NCBI RefSeq assembly: GCF_025526975.1
Contig: NW_026515688.1
Coordinates: forward strand, 186,001 to 250,000
DNA from: Fimicolochytrium jonesii
Lineage: Eukaryota
DNA: 64,000 nucleotides
Direction of reading: 5' to 3'
Under the pieces are notes generated by a model. That model was not told where the DNA came from. It was given only the letters and a program-made list of their open reading frames with translations, and searched no databases. Below, piece after piece: positions 51,658 to 64,000 of the stretch; within the stretch, counting starts at the first letter, position 1; the number at the start of each line of letters is the position of its first letter. A program made the position numbers and the translations under genes.

Positions 51658-52780
51658 ATGGAAGCCCTCAACGCATTACTCGCGTCAGGACAGCACCATG
51701 ACCTGCTGTCCATCGTCAAAGGGTTCCGCAATGGCGCTGTTTACGGTACGTCTCTCTTTGAACGACTGCTCACTCGTGGGGTACAGCCAGTCCTCCGTTT
51801 ATGCAGTAATTCAGTCATTGGCAATGTTCTAATTTGCCTCTCGCTTGGTGTACGATGATGTCTGTTTTCAGGAGCGAAAGTGCGCTTCCCACACGCGCTA
51901 GTCATGACCTTCCTCTTCCGGACCGGCAGGTAAAGCCATGTTTTCCCCCTCACCCACTGCTCCTCACGTTCATCTTACGATCGCCCCCGCAATAGCCTCC
52001 AAGAAAAGCTCCGTTTCATCCTAAAAGCGACGTACCAGCACTCGCGCAACCTGGCCTTCTTTGTGACGATCTACAAGTCGCTGATGCTGCTGCAGCGGAC
52101 GGTCAAAGGCGGGAAGGAGCATGGCGCGGACGCATTTGTGGCGGGGGTTGTGGGAGGGTATGTTGTTTTTGGAAAGAATAATAATGTTAATAATCAGGTA
52201 TGGGTTGCGAGGTGGGGATGTGGGTAGGGGATGTGAGCGGGAGAGAGTGGGTAGATGTGGGTGGGTGTGCAAGCGGGAGTGAAGTGACGAGCGACAACGA
52301 GCATAGCACGAGCAGTGGCGAGCCGGTTTGCGGGACCATCCTTGGACGAAATGCACGCGAAGCGGGCCACGTCGCTCGCCCAATGATACCTTCACGAGCA
52401 GTCAGCAAGCAGGATCAACCATTCCTTCACTCGGTCACCTAATCACTCTCACACCCCACGCAGATCGTGCTATACCTCTTCTCCCGCATCATGATCGGCC
52501 TCGCCAAACTCGCGGTCAAGAAGCAAGTGCTGCCGGAACCCAAGCACACCTTCCCCGTGTTTGCTGCCCTCGTCTGGGGTATGTGCCATTTTCATCACAT
52601 TTGTTATACTTCGTTGCGGACTGGGACTGATTCTATCTGATTCATGCAGGTATCGTGATGTGGCTATTCAGACATAACCGCGACACACTACAAGGATCGT
52701 TGCAGGCGTCGATGCATTACTTGTACAACGATTCGGACAACTTTGATACCTTCAAGAACTTTCTGTGGCATAATCGTTGA
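51658..52780 (+). CDS. PXMP4: Peroxisomal membrane protein 4 (PMP24); multi-exon
   Basis: LSIVKGFRNGAVYG|AKVRFPHALVMTFLFR, HSRNLAFFVTIYK, FGKNNNVNNQ|IVLYLFSRI, VWG|IVMWLF, LQASMHYLYNDS. Confidence 0.95.
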
Positions 52781-53012
52781 GCTGGATTGATGGGGTGGAG
52801 GCGGTAGTGGGCCCGGGGAAAAGTTTTGCAATCGCGACGAGGAGGAGTTGTGAAGGTTTTCTTGAATGAAGAGCTTTTTTCATTTCTGTCTTGTTTTGTG
52901 TGTATATACAGTTTGAGAAAAACACTTTTTGCATGATCGAAGGAAGAGGATACAGTTGAAGCTAGACTAGTACTGAAGAGTGAGGGTATGGAATCATTAC
53001 ACAAGCCGCATT

Positions 53013-53027
53013 GGGGGGGGGGGGGGG
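53013..53027. repeat. G15 homopolymer between convergent 3' ends
   Basis: Seen directly in sequence. Confidence 0.95.
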
Positions 53028-53097
53028 ATTAGCGCAGGGATTATAAACAGATATGCAAGACAAAGTGAGAAAGACAACTTTCCCTCACTGTCTCAAA

Positions 53098-54437
53098 TCA
53101 ATCATCAAGCATCGCCCCCGCCTTACTCCTCCTCCCCGCCTGCACATCCCTCTTGACCGCCCTTTCCTTATCCTTCCTCGCATACTCCATCTGCCGCTTC
53201 GCATTCCGATCCCTCAACGGCTTGACCGGTTTCCCCCCTTCCTCGGCGTTATCATCCTCATCCGACACCTGCCTCGACGACCGTCCCGATTTCCCGCCAA
53301 CGACCCCGCGCGTAACCTCCTTCCCGGCATCGGCCGCGTACCGTTTCGCGACGTATCGTACCAAGATCGCGTCGCCGGCCCTCCACGCGCGTTTCAACTT
53401 ATTCTCGATAGTGGAATTCTCCAGTGCCTCGACACGGTGTGTGAACAGCGCGAATTCGGTGGTGAGGGAGTCTACCGCGAGGGGAGGCGGCGCGTCGACG
53501 GATTCGAGGGAGAGGTCGGAGAGGTTGTCCGCGATATCGGATGCATTGTCGGCGTCTTCGCTCCCGTCTTCGTCAGAGTAGCCCCCGTCTTCGCCCTCGG
53601 CTTCGTCGTCGGTGTCGTAGTATTCTTTACGCCAGGCTGTACCTTTCTCTTCGGTGCCGGCGTCATCGGATTCGAAAAGCTCCGAGTCATCGTTGGTGTC
53701 ATCCCCCTCGGCGCCGGCTTCGACGTCTTCGGCGGTGACGGAGGGTGAGCCGGTGAGGACTGCCAGACGGCCCATTTCAACCAAGGCGCGCACAGAGGCG
53801 GGGAGTTGGCGCGGGATGTCGGGGTTGTCTTCGAGGTCGAGGATCTCGAGGTCGTCGAGGTCGGAGATGCTGGAGGGGATGCTGGTGATTTTGTTGGCGG
53901 AGGCGTCGAGGTAGGTCAGGCGGGGGAAGAGGGTGGAGAGGCCGTTGGGGAGGGATGTTAGCCGATTCTGGCCGCTGTGAATGAGGGAGTGTGTCAGTGC
54001 CAGTTGGGTGTCTGAGTGAATTGCGACGGATGATGGATGATGGATGAAGACGATGGATGGTAATGACATCCTGCTCGCCATGCTCGCGACAAGGAGGTTG
54101 GGCTGGTGTGTGGTCCGCAATCCTGGCCCTCCGGCCCAGTTGGGCTTGCTCACGGCCGCATTCTCCTCGCTTCGCTCGGAGCATCCCTCGCTATCGCTAT
54201 CGCTCTCTCCACTCACATCAGTAAAGCAAGCAGATCACTCAGTTTCTCGGCGGCCACCGGCAATTTCCCCAGATTGAGACTCCTCAAGTCCAGTACACCC
54301 GTCTTTCTCGCCTCTGCGATTCTCTGCCTGACCGTGGGCGTATCCTCTTCTGGAGCAGCCTCTGTCTTTTTTGAGGCAGCGAATGTCGCTTTCGTGCGAG
54401 TTCGCCTGTGGCCTGATTTTGCGTTTGTGTTGAACAT
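53098..54437 (-). CDS. Short LRR protein with acidic middle region and basic C-terminus; intron about 53975-54216
   Basis: ARKTGVLDLRSLNLGKLP...LL|IGQNRLTSLPNGL..LTYLDASANKITSIP..LEILDLEDNP; D/E-rich tract; tail KDKERAVKRDVQAGRRSK. Confidence 0.8.
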
Positions 54438-54618
54438 AGTTCTTGATGTTGGGGCGGTTGGATGGATGATGCTGTGGGGTTGGGTGTTGGGGGTTTGGTT
54501 TGGAGGGTCAGCTCTGGGATGGGGCTTTTTGGAGAGGGTGACGTCGTCCTTTTGCGACAAAAGAGGCTAAAGAGGGCGGAAGGAAGGAATCGAACCCGCG
54601 GCCGCCCTGTGGAGGGAG

Positions 54619-54743
54619 TAACCCTAACCCCGCGCGAGAGAATCCACCCGCTCTCATAGTAGAGATCTGTCTGGACATGATTCGCAACACCCAGGAACAC
54701 TCGCTTTCTCGCTTGGTCTACCCACAGGCAACCGGTAACCCTA
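54619..54743. promoter_or_regulatory. Telomere-repeat-like (telobox) motifs TAACCCTAACCC and TAACCCTA in a divergent promoter
   Basis: Motifs at 54619-54630 and 54736-54743 between head-to-head LRR and HDA1 starts; function inferred. Confidence 0.4.
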
Positions 54744-54820
54744 GCGGACCACGGCATCTTGCAAACCCACGCTGATTGCCTGCTTGACTGGTCCGCCCTT
54801 CATACGTATCGGTCGTCCTC

Positions 54821-57800
54821 ATGTGGTCATTACGGGGACAACCTATTCAGGTAAGTCAAGATGTGTTGCATCTGCCCCCTGCTGAGCTCAATATGGCATT
54901 TTGCAGACACCGACAACCGCCGAGTCCTTCATCCGCGAGCTCGACCACGACGAAGACCTCGAAAGCTTCGTACACAGGGAAGAACAAGAGATCACCCTAG
55001 CTGCCGGCGGGTCATTCGACCTCCTCCCACAGGGAGAACCAACGAACTTGGACGACGACCCTTTCTCGACCTCTTTTGACCACTTTGCACCAGCGATGGG
55101 CGCCCGAATGGATTGTTATATGGGCATGGATATGGAGCCGGGGGTGGACAACTGGACGGGGCATCCCCATGATTCCATGCAGCATTTGGGGGATGTGGGT
55201 GGGCAAGAGGCGATTGATCTGGACCAGTATGCGGACATTGCAGACATATCTCATCCGCAGATGGCCCAGGCGAACGTGGCTTACGCGAACGTAGCGCATG
55301 CGAGCGTGGCTCACGGGAGCATGTCTGCGGAACAGATACCCACGAGACAGATCCCAGAAGCGATGCAGCATGGTCATCATCACTCACACCCGCAAACGGT
55401 ACGAGACATAACACCGACACTGGAGGATGCCGCGATAGACGACTTTGCCATGCGACTGGACGACTCGGGAGCGAATGGTGCTGTGAACGGCGTAGAAGAA
55501 GAGGATTATGAGGACAACGGGGAAGGCTTCGCCGTTACCGAAGTGCCGTCATCTCCAACGCCCTCCGCCACCACCCACATCCCCGCACCTAGCTCCGGCA
55601 CCGCCCTCTACTACGACCCCGCCCTCCTGTCACATCGAAACCTCTTTTGCAACCAAGCCGACGCCGATGACTACCCGGAAACGCCAGAACGAGTCCACAA
55701 CGCGTACGAGACGCTCAAAACGCACGGATTGGTCGACCGGTGTGTCCGCCTGGCCGCACGGTCTGCCACCTCGCACGAGCTGCGGCGGGTCCACACTGAA
55801 GGCCACATCGAAGAGATCAACAAAACGCGGACCATGGACCTCGTTCGACTAAAGGATATGTCGGAGCGGCGGTACAATGATGTGTTCTTTTCCTCCGAGA
55901 CCGCAGACGTCGCGAGACTCTCGTGTGGTGGGGCCATTGCCGCTGCGGAAGCGGTCTGGACGGGCAAAGTACGCAACGCGGTGGCGCTGATCAGACCGCC
56001 AGGCCACCACGCCGAATCAACAAAAGCGATGGGGTTCTGCATCTACAACAACGTCGCCGTCGCCGCCAAAGCCCTTCAAAGCGCCCACGGCGCCCAGCGC
56101 ATCATGATCCTCGACTGGGACGTGCACCATGGCAACGGCACCCAAAAGGTCTTCTACAACGACCCCAACGTCCTCTACGTCAGCCTGCACCGCTTCGACG
56201 ACGGCAAGTTCTTTCCCTACCTCACCATCGGCGGGATGGACTACGTCGGCGGCAAAGGCGCGGAAGGCAAGAACGTGAATATACCATGGCCGTGCGAGGG
56301 CATGGCCGACGCGGACTACATTCACGCCTTCCACCGCGTCGTCATGCCCATCGCGTACGAATTCAACCCGCAGATCGTCCTCGTTTCCGCAGGCTTCGAT
56401 GCGGCTGCGGGTGACCCGCTCGGGAACTGCGGCGTCACCCCCGCCGGGTACGCACAGATGACACTGATGCTGAGCGGGTTGGCGGGCGGGAAGGTCGTGA
56501 TGTGTCTTGAGGGCGGGTACCATGTTGATGCGGTGGCGTCGTCGGTGGTGGCGGTCACGAGGGCGTTGTTGGGGGATGGGGTGCCGTGCGTGGATGTGGC
56601 GCGGGGGCCGGGGGAGGTGGCGGTGGAGACGGTGCAGAGGGTGACGGAGGTGCAGTCGTTGTATTGGAGGTGTTTGAGGCCCGTGTTTGAGAATACGAAG
56701 GTTAAGGCGGCGGCTTATGAGTTGCAACGGCGTATGGTTTCTTTACCTGGTAAGCCTCATATCGAATATGACAGCCCAGCTATCCTGAATCTCCCACTCA
56801 CCATCCTCCTCCCATGCAGACATATTAAATGGCTACCGGGAACACTACCTCTCCACGAAGCACGGCCTAATCCACCACACGATCAAGAACGATCCCCTCG
56901 CTGACCGGTTCAACGGTCAGATTCATCTCAGTCCCAATCTCTCGTCACATACGGGATTACTATTCATCTTCATACATCCGAGTTTTGACGAAACAAAGTA
57001 CGCAGAACGCACACCGGTTGGAAGGACATGATTTCTGACCATGTGTTTTAATCACACAACTACAGGGGCCGGTTAAGCGCACATACAAACACGCTGAAAA
57101 TCACCGAAACGTACGTGGTACGTATCGGTCCCGTCTCGTGAACCACGCCATATGAACACCTATTAAGCTTACACTCACTACCGCGCTGTAACCAGTACGA
57201 CCCAACCACACAATACATCGACAGCATCATCTCGGGCGGGCATGCCTTCATTGACGTGCAGCCCGGGATCGGCGGTGATGTGGTACGTTTTTCGTCCGTT
57301 TCGTAGAGGGGTATAGGAGCGCCGTTGATGATTGATTGCTGATGGGATTCATAGGACGAGACGGCGTTGATTGTGAAGGAGGTGGCGAAATACGTCTGGG
57401 ATAAACATGGCCGGTGAGTAATAGCCCGTCAGGGGTCTTTCAGTAGTCCGATAGATGGATTAACACGTGGACCCGTAACTTCCAAAGCACCTCCCCAGCC
57501 CGCAGAGTAATCCTCCTCGGCGTCAACGAAGGCGCCGGTGCGCTGCTTAACTTGGTCGCGCTCAGACGTGAGTATTTCCCCGTTCCTCTCCCGCATTTCG
57601 AGGATGATGGCGTTTATTGAGGTACGTTTGAACGCGAAAAGCGGACCTGCAAAAACGCACCCTGTCCATCGTGTCGCTCATAGCTGCTGGAACGCCGCCG
57701 CCGATGCACTCGAGTTGCGCTGAGTGGTATTTTAACGTATGTTGCCGGCCATCCCGTATGTACCTGGGTTTTACCCCTTTGCTTATCCGTACTTGACGTT

Positions 57801-58585
57801 GGGAACAACAGAACTCGCGCGTGTACACATGGTCCGAAGACAAACTGGGCGCCCCGATCAAGACGGAGATGACGGAGATGAAGCGCGGGAAATGTTTTTC
57901 GGCTGGACCTCGTGAGTCTTCCTTCATTGCACATGCCCCTCCCTTTCCCCCCTTTTTCATTTTCTTACGAACGTTCTTCGATTTCCCTACAGAACCTCCC
58001 ACCCCAACATCCTCCATCCTCCTCGACATGCTCCACCTCCGCGTCTTCTCCTACCTCGCGCGAACGCTCGGCGTCGTCTACGCCGCGCAACTGGCTGCCA
58101 AACCACTGGGTGAATCCATCACTATCGATGACAGTAATGAGACGGGGCGGAGTGTGGGGGATCAAAGGAAGGGAAAGGACGCAGCGACGGTACCACAGCG
58201 GGTATCACGGCCGACAGCAGGCGGGGTGTCGTTACCACTCCCCCCATCATCATCATCTTCATCATCACGTCCCCACCAACAACAGACCATGCAAAGCACA
58301 ACACCGAAACCCCGTAAACGCGCCCGCTCCGAAACACCCACCCCGCCCCCGGAGCTCATCGACGTGTTCGACGAGCCGTTGTCGCCCGAACCCGCCCCAC
58401 GGAGCGCACCCGTCTCTAAACACACGCCAGCATCATCGACGTCGAGATCGGCGGGGTTGGGCACGAGGGTGAAGATGGCGAGTGAGAAAGGGTTCCCGCC
58501 GAGGAGGCCGAAGGGGACGGAGGTTGTGGTGGAGATTAGGAGTGCGTCGCCGGCGGGGAGGAGGGATGGTGGGGCGGGTGAATAG
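54821..58585 (+). CDS. HDA1: Class II histone deacetylase Hda1/Clr3 with C-terminal Arb2-like region; multi-exon, start uncertain
   Basis: PETPERV, RPPGHHAE..AMGFCIYNNVAVAA, ILDWDVHHGNGTQ, VSLHR, NVNIPW, VVMPIAYEFNPQIVLVSAGFDAAAGDPLG, LEGGY; later exons ..KYVWDKH. Confidence 0.95.
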
Positions 58586-61319
58586 GATGGAAGGGGATGG
58601 GTACGGGCGGTAGGTAGCACTCAAACGGCTTATTGGTGGGGATATGCAGGTGTTTTGGCCGTGTGGGAAGATGCGCGGATGGCGAGTCTGTAGGCTCGGG
58701 GATTTGGGGGAATGTTAAACATACATGTACATACATGTGGTTTGTTGGATGAAACCCCCGTCATGCCTGTTCTCTGTTCTCCCTCAAGGCCCTCCTTCTC
58801 CTCCTTCCCCGTCGACATCGACCAGATCTTAACTGATTCAACCTAGAAAGTAAAGTAGCAATATAATGGCTATCACGGCAAATAAACGGGCAAATATGGG
58901 ACCATAAACCTGCGCCCACCCCCAATGAAATCAGTCTCGGACCAGTTGGACAAGCCGACTCTCGAGGGGCGGGCAAAACTCTGACGGGTGGGCGCTGCTT
59001 TATGGTCCCATACATGTACTTCTTCCCCTCCGGCGTCCGCACGCTGTTCGGCCTGATGAAAGCAAGCCAAAACACCGCACAATAGCCAAAGAACAAACTG
59101 CATCCACCAACGCATCGGAGGCACACTGGTCAGATAGTTGTCTCCAACACTGCCGTCTCTTCACGGACCTTGATATGGCTCAGGAGGACGATGGTTTCGC
59201 TCATCCCGAGCCTGAAGTTCGCGCCGGCCGCTCAACGAGTCTCGTATATCCTTCACATCCTGGCGCCAATCCGAGAAAAATCTGGAAGAAGACGTTTTCA
59301 TTCCGGGGGCACCCGACGAGCTTGGATCTGCCGTACTTTCTGCAGCACGCTTTGCACCTAACGATGCCATGTCAAGATGTTTGGATGCGCTCCCAATCTG
59401 GAGCATTTTTGGTCTCCACTCGGACTTTTCAAATTACCATGCAAGGAAGTGGATGTTCTTGGACCGGGGGTCCCGGACCCCTGGTCCAAAAAGACTAGTT
59501 ACGCGATGCAAACCGACCAGATTGGCGTGCTTGTCAACGGCCGACGTCTAGCTTTCGGTTCTTGGAGTGCATCTCGACTTGCAATGCCAAATTCGGACAA
59601 CTGCCGTTACCCCTGACGATCCGTCGCATACGATCCTCCCACCACGCGGAAGGAGTGCCTCTTGAAATTGGAGGCTGACTCGTTTCGAAGCTGTCGCACC
59701 TGTCGTCGTCGGTGCACAATCACGATGTGAGACGCGTTTGCGAGTATGTCGAAGGTCTGGTGGGCCTGAAATTGACAGGTCAAACTGACGGCTTTTTCAC
59801 AGTGTCGCTCGTCGCCGGGCAGGACCAGACATGCCTTGAGCTCAACGTTGAGCTCGGCCAAGGGAGCGTCTAGCAGTGCATGAGAGCTTCGACTTTGAAA
59901 CGGCGAATGTCTTGGAGGGTCTGAGTGGGCCCCGAAGATCCAGTTATCATGCTGTTGATGCGGAGCGCCCCCGCAGGGCGAGGGGTCTCATGCGCAATGA
60001 TCATTATGACATGGATCAGATGCTCGTCCAGTTGGAGGACGCGCGCTTCTGTGGTGCTGTCCTCGAACTGGAGCAGCCGCTTCGAAAACCGAAGGAACAT
60101 TACCCCCTTCACGAGCTCCGCCAAAACGCGGGCATCCGTCCTCCATGACGTTCGATTTCCTGCCGCTTTATCGTGTTCGACGACGTTGCGGGCACAGTGC
60201 CCTCCATCAACCATCGCATCCGCATGTGCTACCGGTATGCGCTTCCCACGCATTGGCCCCTGCATTGGCCCAGACGTGAGATGGGCAAGCGCCAATATAA
60301 GATATGGCACGTATGCTCTCCTGCCAATTCTGCATCATGCTATCTGAACAATATGTACAGCAAATTTGGAGGTTGTACTGTCCTTTGAATGAAATATGGC
60401 AAAAATGGGATGCCATTTTGATTATGTGCGCTGTAATTGTTTCCTTCAGCACGTATATATTGCACTTTGCAGGAAGGTGGGAGCCAGGAGGAGAGGGAGG
60501 ACAGGGAGACTAAACTACAGGTATCTGGCTGGGACAACCCGCATGCTTCAACCAGCATGCTTCACTCATGCGTACTGTACCTCAATGGGATCACTTTTAG
60601 CGCGAGTTGTGCATTCCTTAGCCACGCCCCTCCAAGACAGATGACAAAACTGACAGCTCACTTCCCGACGCGTCTTAACTTACATCATCACCCATTGACA
60701 GTATCCCGCCAACCAGGATGCTGTCAGCAAAAGCTGACGTTGGGTCCGCACCCGTCTTCCCCCTGGTGGTTTTTGAGCTCACCTTTGGCACGCTTATCGC
60801 AGTCCAGCTTACAGTGTGTCGATCGGGTATGGTCCGGGGTCTGGGGTTGATGGGTAAGCGGAACCGCTGAGCCGCAAGTTGTCATAAGATGTGTCAAAGG
60901 AATTTGCAATACTACCAACGTCGGTTTTGAGCCGTTTACGTATGAGGGGAGGCCGGGGTGCGATTCGATGAGCGGGTCGGGACCTCCGGGTCTTTTAGGT
61001 TTGATCTCATGCCAAGCAATCCCGGGGGGAGTGCTAGACAGGACGTGTGAAGGAAAATAGTGCGAGGCCGACGCGGGAAAAAGGCGGGTCATCGGGATAT
61101 AAAAACGCCGGGCGGGTCCTTCGTGCTTGAAGCTCTCTGTCACCTCATCGGGTTGTTTCGCGCTGTAGTGAAGCCAATCCTGGTACTCGTAACTGCTGTG
61201 TCGGCGTACTATCAAGTATCCCGAACGACGTTGAGTTCAAGAGGTGCTCATCCAAAGAAAGGAGTCCTCGCCAATCCAGCCGTCCTTTTCCCACATCACT
61301 CCTCACCTCACCGTTCAAA

Positions 61320-62417
61320 ATGCTACCAACAAGAACACTCCCACCTATCCTTACCCTCTTCCTCGCCACATCCGCCCAAGCCCTCTTTGCTCCCGCGCGG
61401 TTCTGGGCGCCAAAGGCCACCACGCCGACACCCATACCCACCGCCAAACCAGCACCGCCAGTCGTTGTCGCGCCGCCTGTAGTCGCGCCGAAGCCGACGC
61501 CAAAGCCACCCACCGCCAAACCGGCGCCGCCCGTGGCTGTCCCGCCGCCTGTAGTCGCGCCGACGCCAACGGCCAGGCAGAGTGTTGCTCCCGTGCCTGT
61601 GTCTACACCTGTGGTTGTCGACACAGCGGGTGGGGGAGTGACGTATACGGGAAGGTTGTCGTATTATGGGGATGGATGTAAGTCGCCCCAACTTTCCAAG
61701 CCCATCTCTGACTGATACCAGTATACTAATCCCCAAAAATTGTGTATAGACAAGACCCTGCAGAACGGGAACGACCCACCGCCAATCGGGCCAGAGAACG
61801 GGGGCTGGTATGGCGCGTGCTATAACACGTTCTGGGAGATGGCCAAGCCGCTTGTGCCGAGGAATTTCAACTTGTTTGCTGCACTGGTATGTCCCCCTGA
61901 AAAGAAGGCTAAAATTCCACTTGTTCGATCCTTTTCTCACCCCTCGCTTCACTCCCAACAGAACTCGGCTCAATTCCAATCCCTCACCCCCCGCTCCGCC
62001 TGCGGAGTCTGCGCCGCCATAACCCACCCCCTCCTCCAAACCCGCGTCGTCGTCGAAATCGTCGACAGCTGCCCCGGCTGCCCCTTGCACGGCCTCGACA
62101 TCTCCCACCAAGCGTTCGCGCAACTTCTCGGCGGGTCATCTGCGCTCTCCAACAGTGCGGCGGCGGCGGTGGGTATCATTGAAGCGTTTGTAGATCCGCT
62201 GCATTGGGAGAAGACGATCGCGGTGGGTATTGTGGGAAACGTGCAATGGGAATTTACGAATTGTTCGGGGATTGTAGAGGATGCGACTTTTAGGGTTGAT
62301 GGGGTACCGGCGGATTGGGTTATTGAGGGGAAGGTGAAGAGGAGGGATGAGGATGAGAGGCGGAGGGGGGTGGTTTTGTCGAATGCTGTGACGCTGGTTC
62401 CGTTGCATGCGACATGA
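61320..62417 (+). CDS. Secreted RlpA-like double-psi beta-barrel (expansin/loosenin-like) protein with Pro-rich linker
   Basis: Signal peptide, duplicated PTAKPAPPVVVAPPVVAP linker, YTGRLSYY, GAC, ACGVCAAIT...VVVEIVDSCPGCPLHGLDISHQAFAQL, VQWEF. Confidence 0.88.
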
Positions 62418-62903
62418 AGGCGGCCTTCCAACTCCCGAATCCTTGGGCATCATCTGCATCCCTGCTATGGCCCACTACATATGTATATCTGCTGTGTGTT
62501 GTAAATCCGTCCTCATGTCGTATATGTAACATATGCAACGTAAAGAGATTTGGCGTGTTCCTCGCGTAAGTCAATACAATTGTAATACTACTGGAGTTTC
62601 ATTAGCAGCGAAAAAAGTGTATGCCGTATTCGATTCAATATTCACAACCTATCTATCTACTCAAATCTAAATTACTCGTTCGCTGTACTCACGTCCTTTC
62701 GGCGATGGCCCGCGCAGAGGCTTTGTCACACGCGACGGACGACTGTGAGGCAGAAGTCGGCGAGGCCAGCCATGATGGATGTACGAACTTTCGTGCGGAG
62801 CGATGATTTGCATGACTATGGATGTACGCCTGATGTTCTTCGCATCGATTTTCGCGGGTGAATATGCCTCTCCCATATCCACCAGCACCATCACCCATCT
62901 CCT

Positions 62904-64000
62904 CTAACCGCCCGTCCCAAAATACCTATCCCCAAAGTTCCCAAAGCCCGGCACAACATGGCCTAGCTCATCAACCTCAATGTCCACCTCGGCGGTGACC
63001 ACTTTGACCTGCGGGAAGGCGTTGGCGATGGTGTGGATGCCGAGCGGCGAGGCGATGAGGGAGAGGAAGAGGATGCGATCTTGCGGGACGTCGTGGTCGA
63101 GGATGACGCGGATGGCCATTAGGGCTGCTGCGCCTGATGGGGAAAGAAAAGGGAGGAGTGTTGGTACGTCAAGCCGGATGGACAGACACCGGTGAAGTAA
63201 ACACAACTCCGAGGGTGTTCACACTCGCCAAAAACACCGTGCATACCAGTAGCAATCTGCGCATCGGAAATAAGCACATATCGCGACGCGATATCTTCGG
63301 GCAGCTTGCAGTAATGCAGCTGCGGCTCGCCCGTCGAGGGTTCGGTCTGGATCAGGATCTTGCCGATGGGGATATCCTTCACCACACTGCGGAGACCGCG
63401 CTCCATCGTTACGCCTGAGCGCACGACCGAGACTGCACAGAGCTGAAGAGGGGTTCAGGTGTGAGACGACAGTTGGGGTGGAGGGCGTGTGTAGGAATGG
63501 GACAACTCACCTCCGCGCTGGAGACTGCGCCGTGGTAGACTTGCCCGATCGGGGTTGTGACCTCCATCGGCTTGAACGGGACTTCCACCAAACTCCTACA
63601 CGCCAGAACCTTTCATTCAGCAAACACCCTCCACCCTACTCCCCAGTCCCACCTCCCAATCAGTCCCTACCTCTCAACAATAACCCTCGACAACCGCTCC
63701 GCATAAAAGATGAAATCATGCCTCGACGTATTCCGGTCCCTCACGATCGTCAGCAGCGCTTTCAATTCGTTCGTTGGTCGCAGTTTGAGTAGTGTGGGTG
63801 GGAGTTCCTTGTTGAGCGTCGTTTTGTTGGCGAGCGCGACTTTGAGCGTTAGTCCACGGTCGTTGAGTTGTCGGGCGAGGTGTTTGGTTATTACGTCGAT
63901 TGCGGCTGTGTCGAAAAAGGGTCGGCAATGTTATTGATTGATTTGAGGTGTGATGATTGCCGACTTCGTTACATACCGACGTTGTCTAGACCCCGTGGGA
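62904..64000 (-). CDS. Uridine kinase-uracil phosphoribosyltransferase fusion (Urk1/UCKL1-like), 3' part; 5' end outside window
   Basis: PRGLDNV|AAIDVITKH (end of kinase domain), RDRNTSRHDFIFYAERL, VRSGVTME, IGKILIQTEPSTGEPQLHYCKLP, DAQIATG|AAALMAIRVILDHDVP, PGFGNFGDRYFGT. Confidence 0.93.

Noticed and set aside
54560..54660. Possible tRNA gene, including tRNA-Sec
   Set aside because: Only a T-loop/B-box is present; no D arm, anticodon arm or cloverleaf can be built

Overview
Gene-dense, intron-rich eukaryotic DNA from a fungus, probably an early-diverging (chytrid-like) lineage. This is inferred from short GT-AG introns, a fungal KRE2-family mannosyltransferase, an Hda1/Clr3-type deacetylase, and retained RNPS1, CSN6, CCDC6, CFIm25 and PXMP4. 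About 27 spliced or single-exon protein genes could be read by hand. Housekeeping genes are PRS, MRPL46, a Cdc20/Fizzy-family activator, CSN6, NAS2, DAO, CDT2, IPI3, YAH1, NUDT21, RAM2, PXMP4, HDA1 and a uridine kinase-UPRT. There are also two LRR proteins, two secreted proteins, several orphans, a decayed protein-kinase pseudogene and simple repeats. No CRISPR array, rRNA, complete tRNA or intact transposon was seen, and I found no multi-gene novel pathway. The most unusual signals are: (1) a recurrent C/A-rich then G/T-rich skew module, independent of gene orientation, that drives synonymous codon choice inside exons; (2) a small spliced gene with the motif layout of the animal mRNA-export adaptor UIF/FYTTD1; (3) a 4-nt micro-exon needed to keep the D-amino-acid oxidase in frame; (4) an intronless bacterial-type epimerase. 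Exon boundaries were read by eye, and family calls rest on remembered motifs, not database searches.
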